This document shows positions 31,092 through 32,000 of a stretch of DNA of 32,000 bases, one piece after another. The stretch is from the NCBI RefSeq assembly GCF_000018105.1, contig NC_009925.1, positions 2,790,001 to 2,822,000 of the forward strand. The letters run 5' to 3'. This stretch comes from Acaryochloris marina MBIC11017 (GTDB lineage Bacteria > Cyanobacteriota > Cyanobacteriia > Thermosynechococcales > Thermosynechococcaceae). Position 1 is the first letter of the stretch. Every line of letters begins with the position of its first letter. Under the pieces are notes generated by a model that worked only from the letters and a program-made list of their open reading frames with translations, was not told the origin of the DNA and did not search any database. A program made the position numbers and the translations under genes.

Positions 31092-31298
31092 TTATTGATT
31101 GCATTGAGATTCATGTTAGCTTCAATCTCATTCAGGGAGCAGTGAAAATAGTCTCATACTCTATGGAGAAATTTCCCTACAAGCATAGTGAAACTGATCG
31201 GATTTAATTCGATTACACCATTGGAGCTGGAGCTAGATGTCTTTTGGTAAAGAACGGCTTATTATGAAGGAAAGTTAAGACAGCAGCTTCCGTTTACC

Positions 31299-32000
31299 AT
31301 GACCACTCAGGTACCCACCCACCCACCGATTGAAATCAAAACTTGGATTTGGCGAGGTCATCAGATCAAATACACCGTCAAAGGCACTGGACAGCCGATG
31401 GTCTTGATTCATGGCTTTGGTGCTTGTATTGGTCACTGGCGCAAAAATATTCCAGAGCTAGCCGAAGCCGGATATCAGGTCTGGAGCTTAGATCTACTAG
31501 GGTTTGGCGACTCTGATATGCCCGCCATCGATTACTCCCTAGAAGTCTGGCAAGACCTGTTCAAAGACTTTTGGGAAGAATTTATCCAAAAGCCCGCCGT
31601 CTGGGTAGGGAACTCCATTGGCGGATTGCTGGTTTTGATGATGTTGGCCGACCATCCCCACATAGGCACCAGTGGCGTTTTGCTCAACTCTGCTGGCAGT
31701 ATGAACATTCGGCGAGAAGAGGCGATCCTGCCCCTACGAGTTGTGATGGGGCCGATGCGGATGATGATGCGCTCCAAACTGTTCGGGCCATTTTTCTTTA
31801 ATCAAGTCCGAGGCAAGCGAGCGATTCGCAACTCCCTGTTCCAGATCTATGGCAACAAAGAAGCGATTACGGATGAATTGGTAGAGATGCTGCATAATCC
31901 ATCCTGCCGGGAAGAAGCCTGCCATGTCTTTCTTTCTGTTTTGACCGGGCCTCCCGGACCTCGCCCGACCGAGTTACTGCCTCGAATTAAGCAACCTCTC
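31299..32000 (+). CDS. alpha/beta-fold hydrolase (5' partial; runs off the window)
   Basis: Not in the ORF track because no stop is reached. My translation from ATG 31299 gives ...WIWRGHQIKYTVKGTGQPMVLIHGFGACIGHWRKNIPELA...LDLLGFGDSD...VWVGNSIGG..., i.e. an HG oxyanion motif and a GNSIGG nucleophile elbow. Confidence 0.8.
   Translation, partial: MTTQVPTHPPIEIKTWIWRGHQIKYTVKGTGQPMVLIHGFGACIGHWRKNIPELAEAGYQVWSLDLLGFGDSDMPAIDYSLEVWQDLFKDFWEEFIQKPAVWVGNSIGGLLVLMMLADHPHIGTSGVLLNSAGSMNIRREEAILPLRVVMGPMRMMMRSKLFGPFFFNQVRGKRAIRNSLFQIYGNKEAITDELVEMLHNPSCREEACHVFLSVLTGPPGPRPTELLPRIKQPL

Noticed and set aside
31532-31925. Three short ORFs (31532..31777 -, 31571..31801 +, 31734..31925 -)
   Set aside because: They lie inside the open-ended alpha/beta hydrolase frame starting at 31299, which has clear HG and GNSIGG motifs.

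Overview
The window looks like a cyanobacterial chromosome segment. Evidence: at least nine HIP1 octamers (GCGATCGC), a cytochrome c6-like gene, a CcbP-like gene, a pentapeptide-repeat protein, a Uma2 endonuclease and a type IV pilin-like gene. Most of it is ordinary housekeeping: pdxJ, recN, coaE, sdhA, and hupE behind a cobalamin riboswitch. Small accessory genes are interspersed: hicAB, a TetR/Coq4-like pair, and a methyltransferase-sulfotransferase pair with a glycosyltransferase remnant.

The standout is a solitary 1457-aa minus-strand gene (3686..8059). It fuses an N-terminal TIR domain, a CHAT caspase-like protease domain with an intact His/Cys dyad, an NB-ARC-type STAND P-loop NTPase and about seven C-terminal TPRs. 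This gives two different candidate death effectors on one STAND/TPR sensor chassis. I read it as a candidate single-gene, dual-effector antiphage or programmed-cell-death system.

Secondary points of interest:
- a visibly AT-rich ~1.5 kb islet (about 29.7-31.25 kb) carrying a DUF805 gene and a very divergent signal-peptidase-II-like gene
- a perfect 20-bp palindrome between divergent TetR and Coq4-like genes
- a secreted-type protein with five ~19-aa LPxxRP(I/V) repeats
- a probable frameshift in a TPR gene
- small ORFs below the ORF-track cutoff

I saw no rRNA, tRNA, CRISPR array, transposase or integrase. All family assignments come from motif recognition by eye and need HMM or structure searches to confirm.
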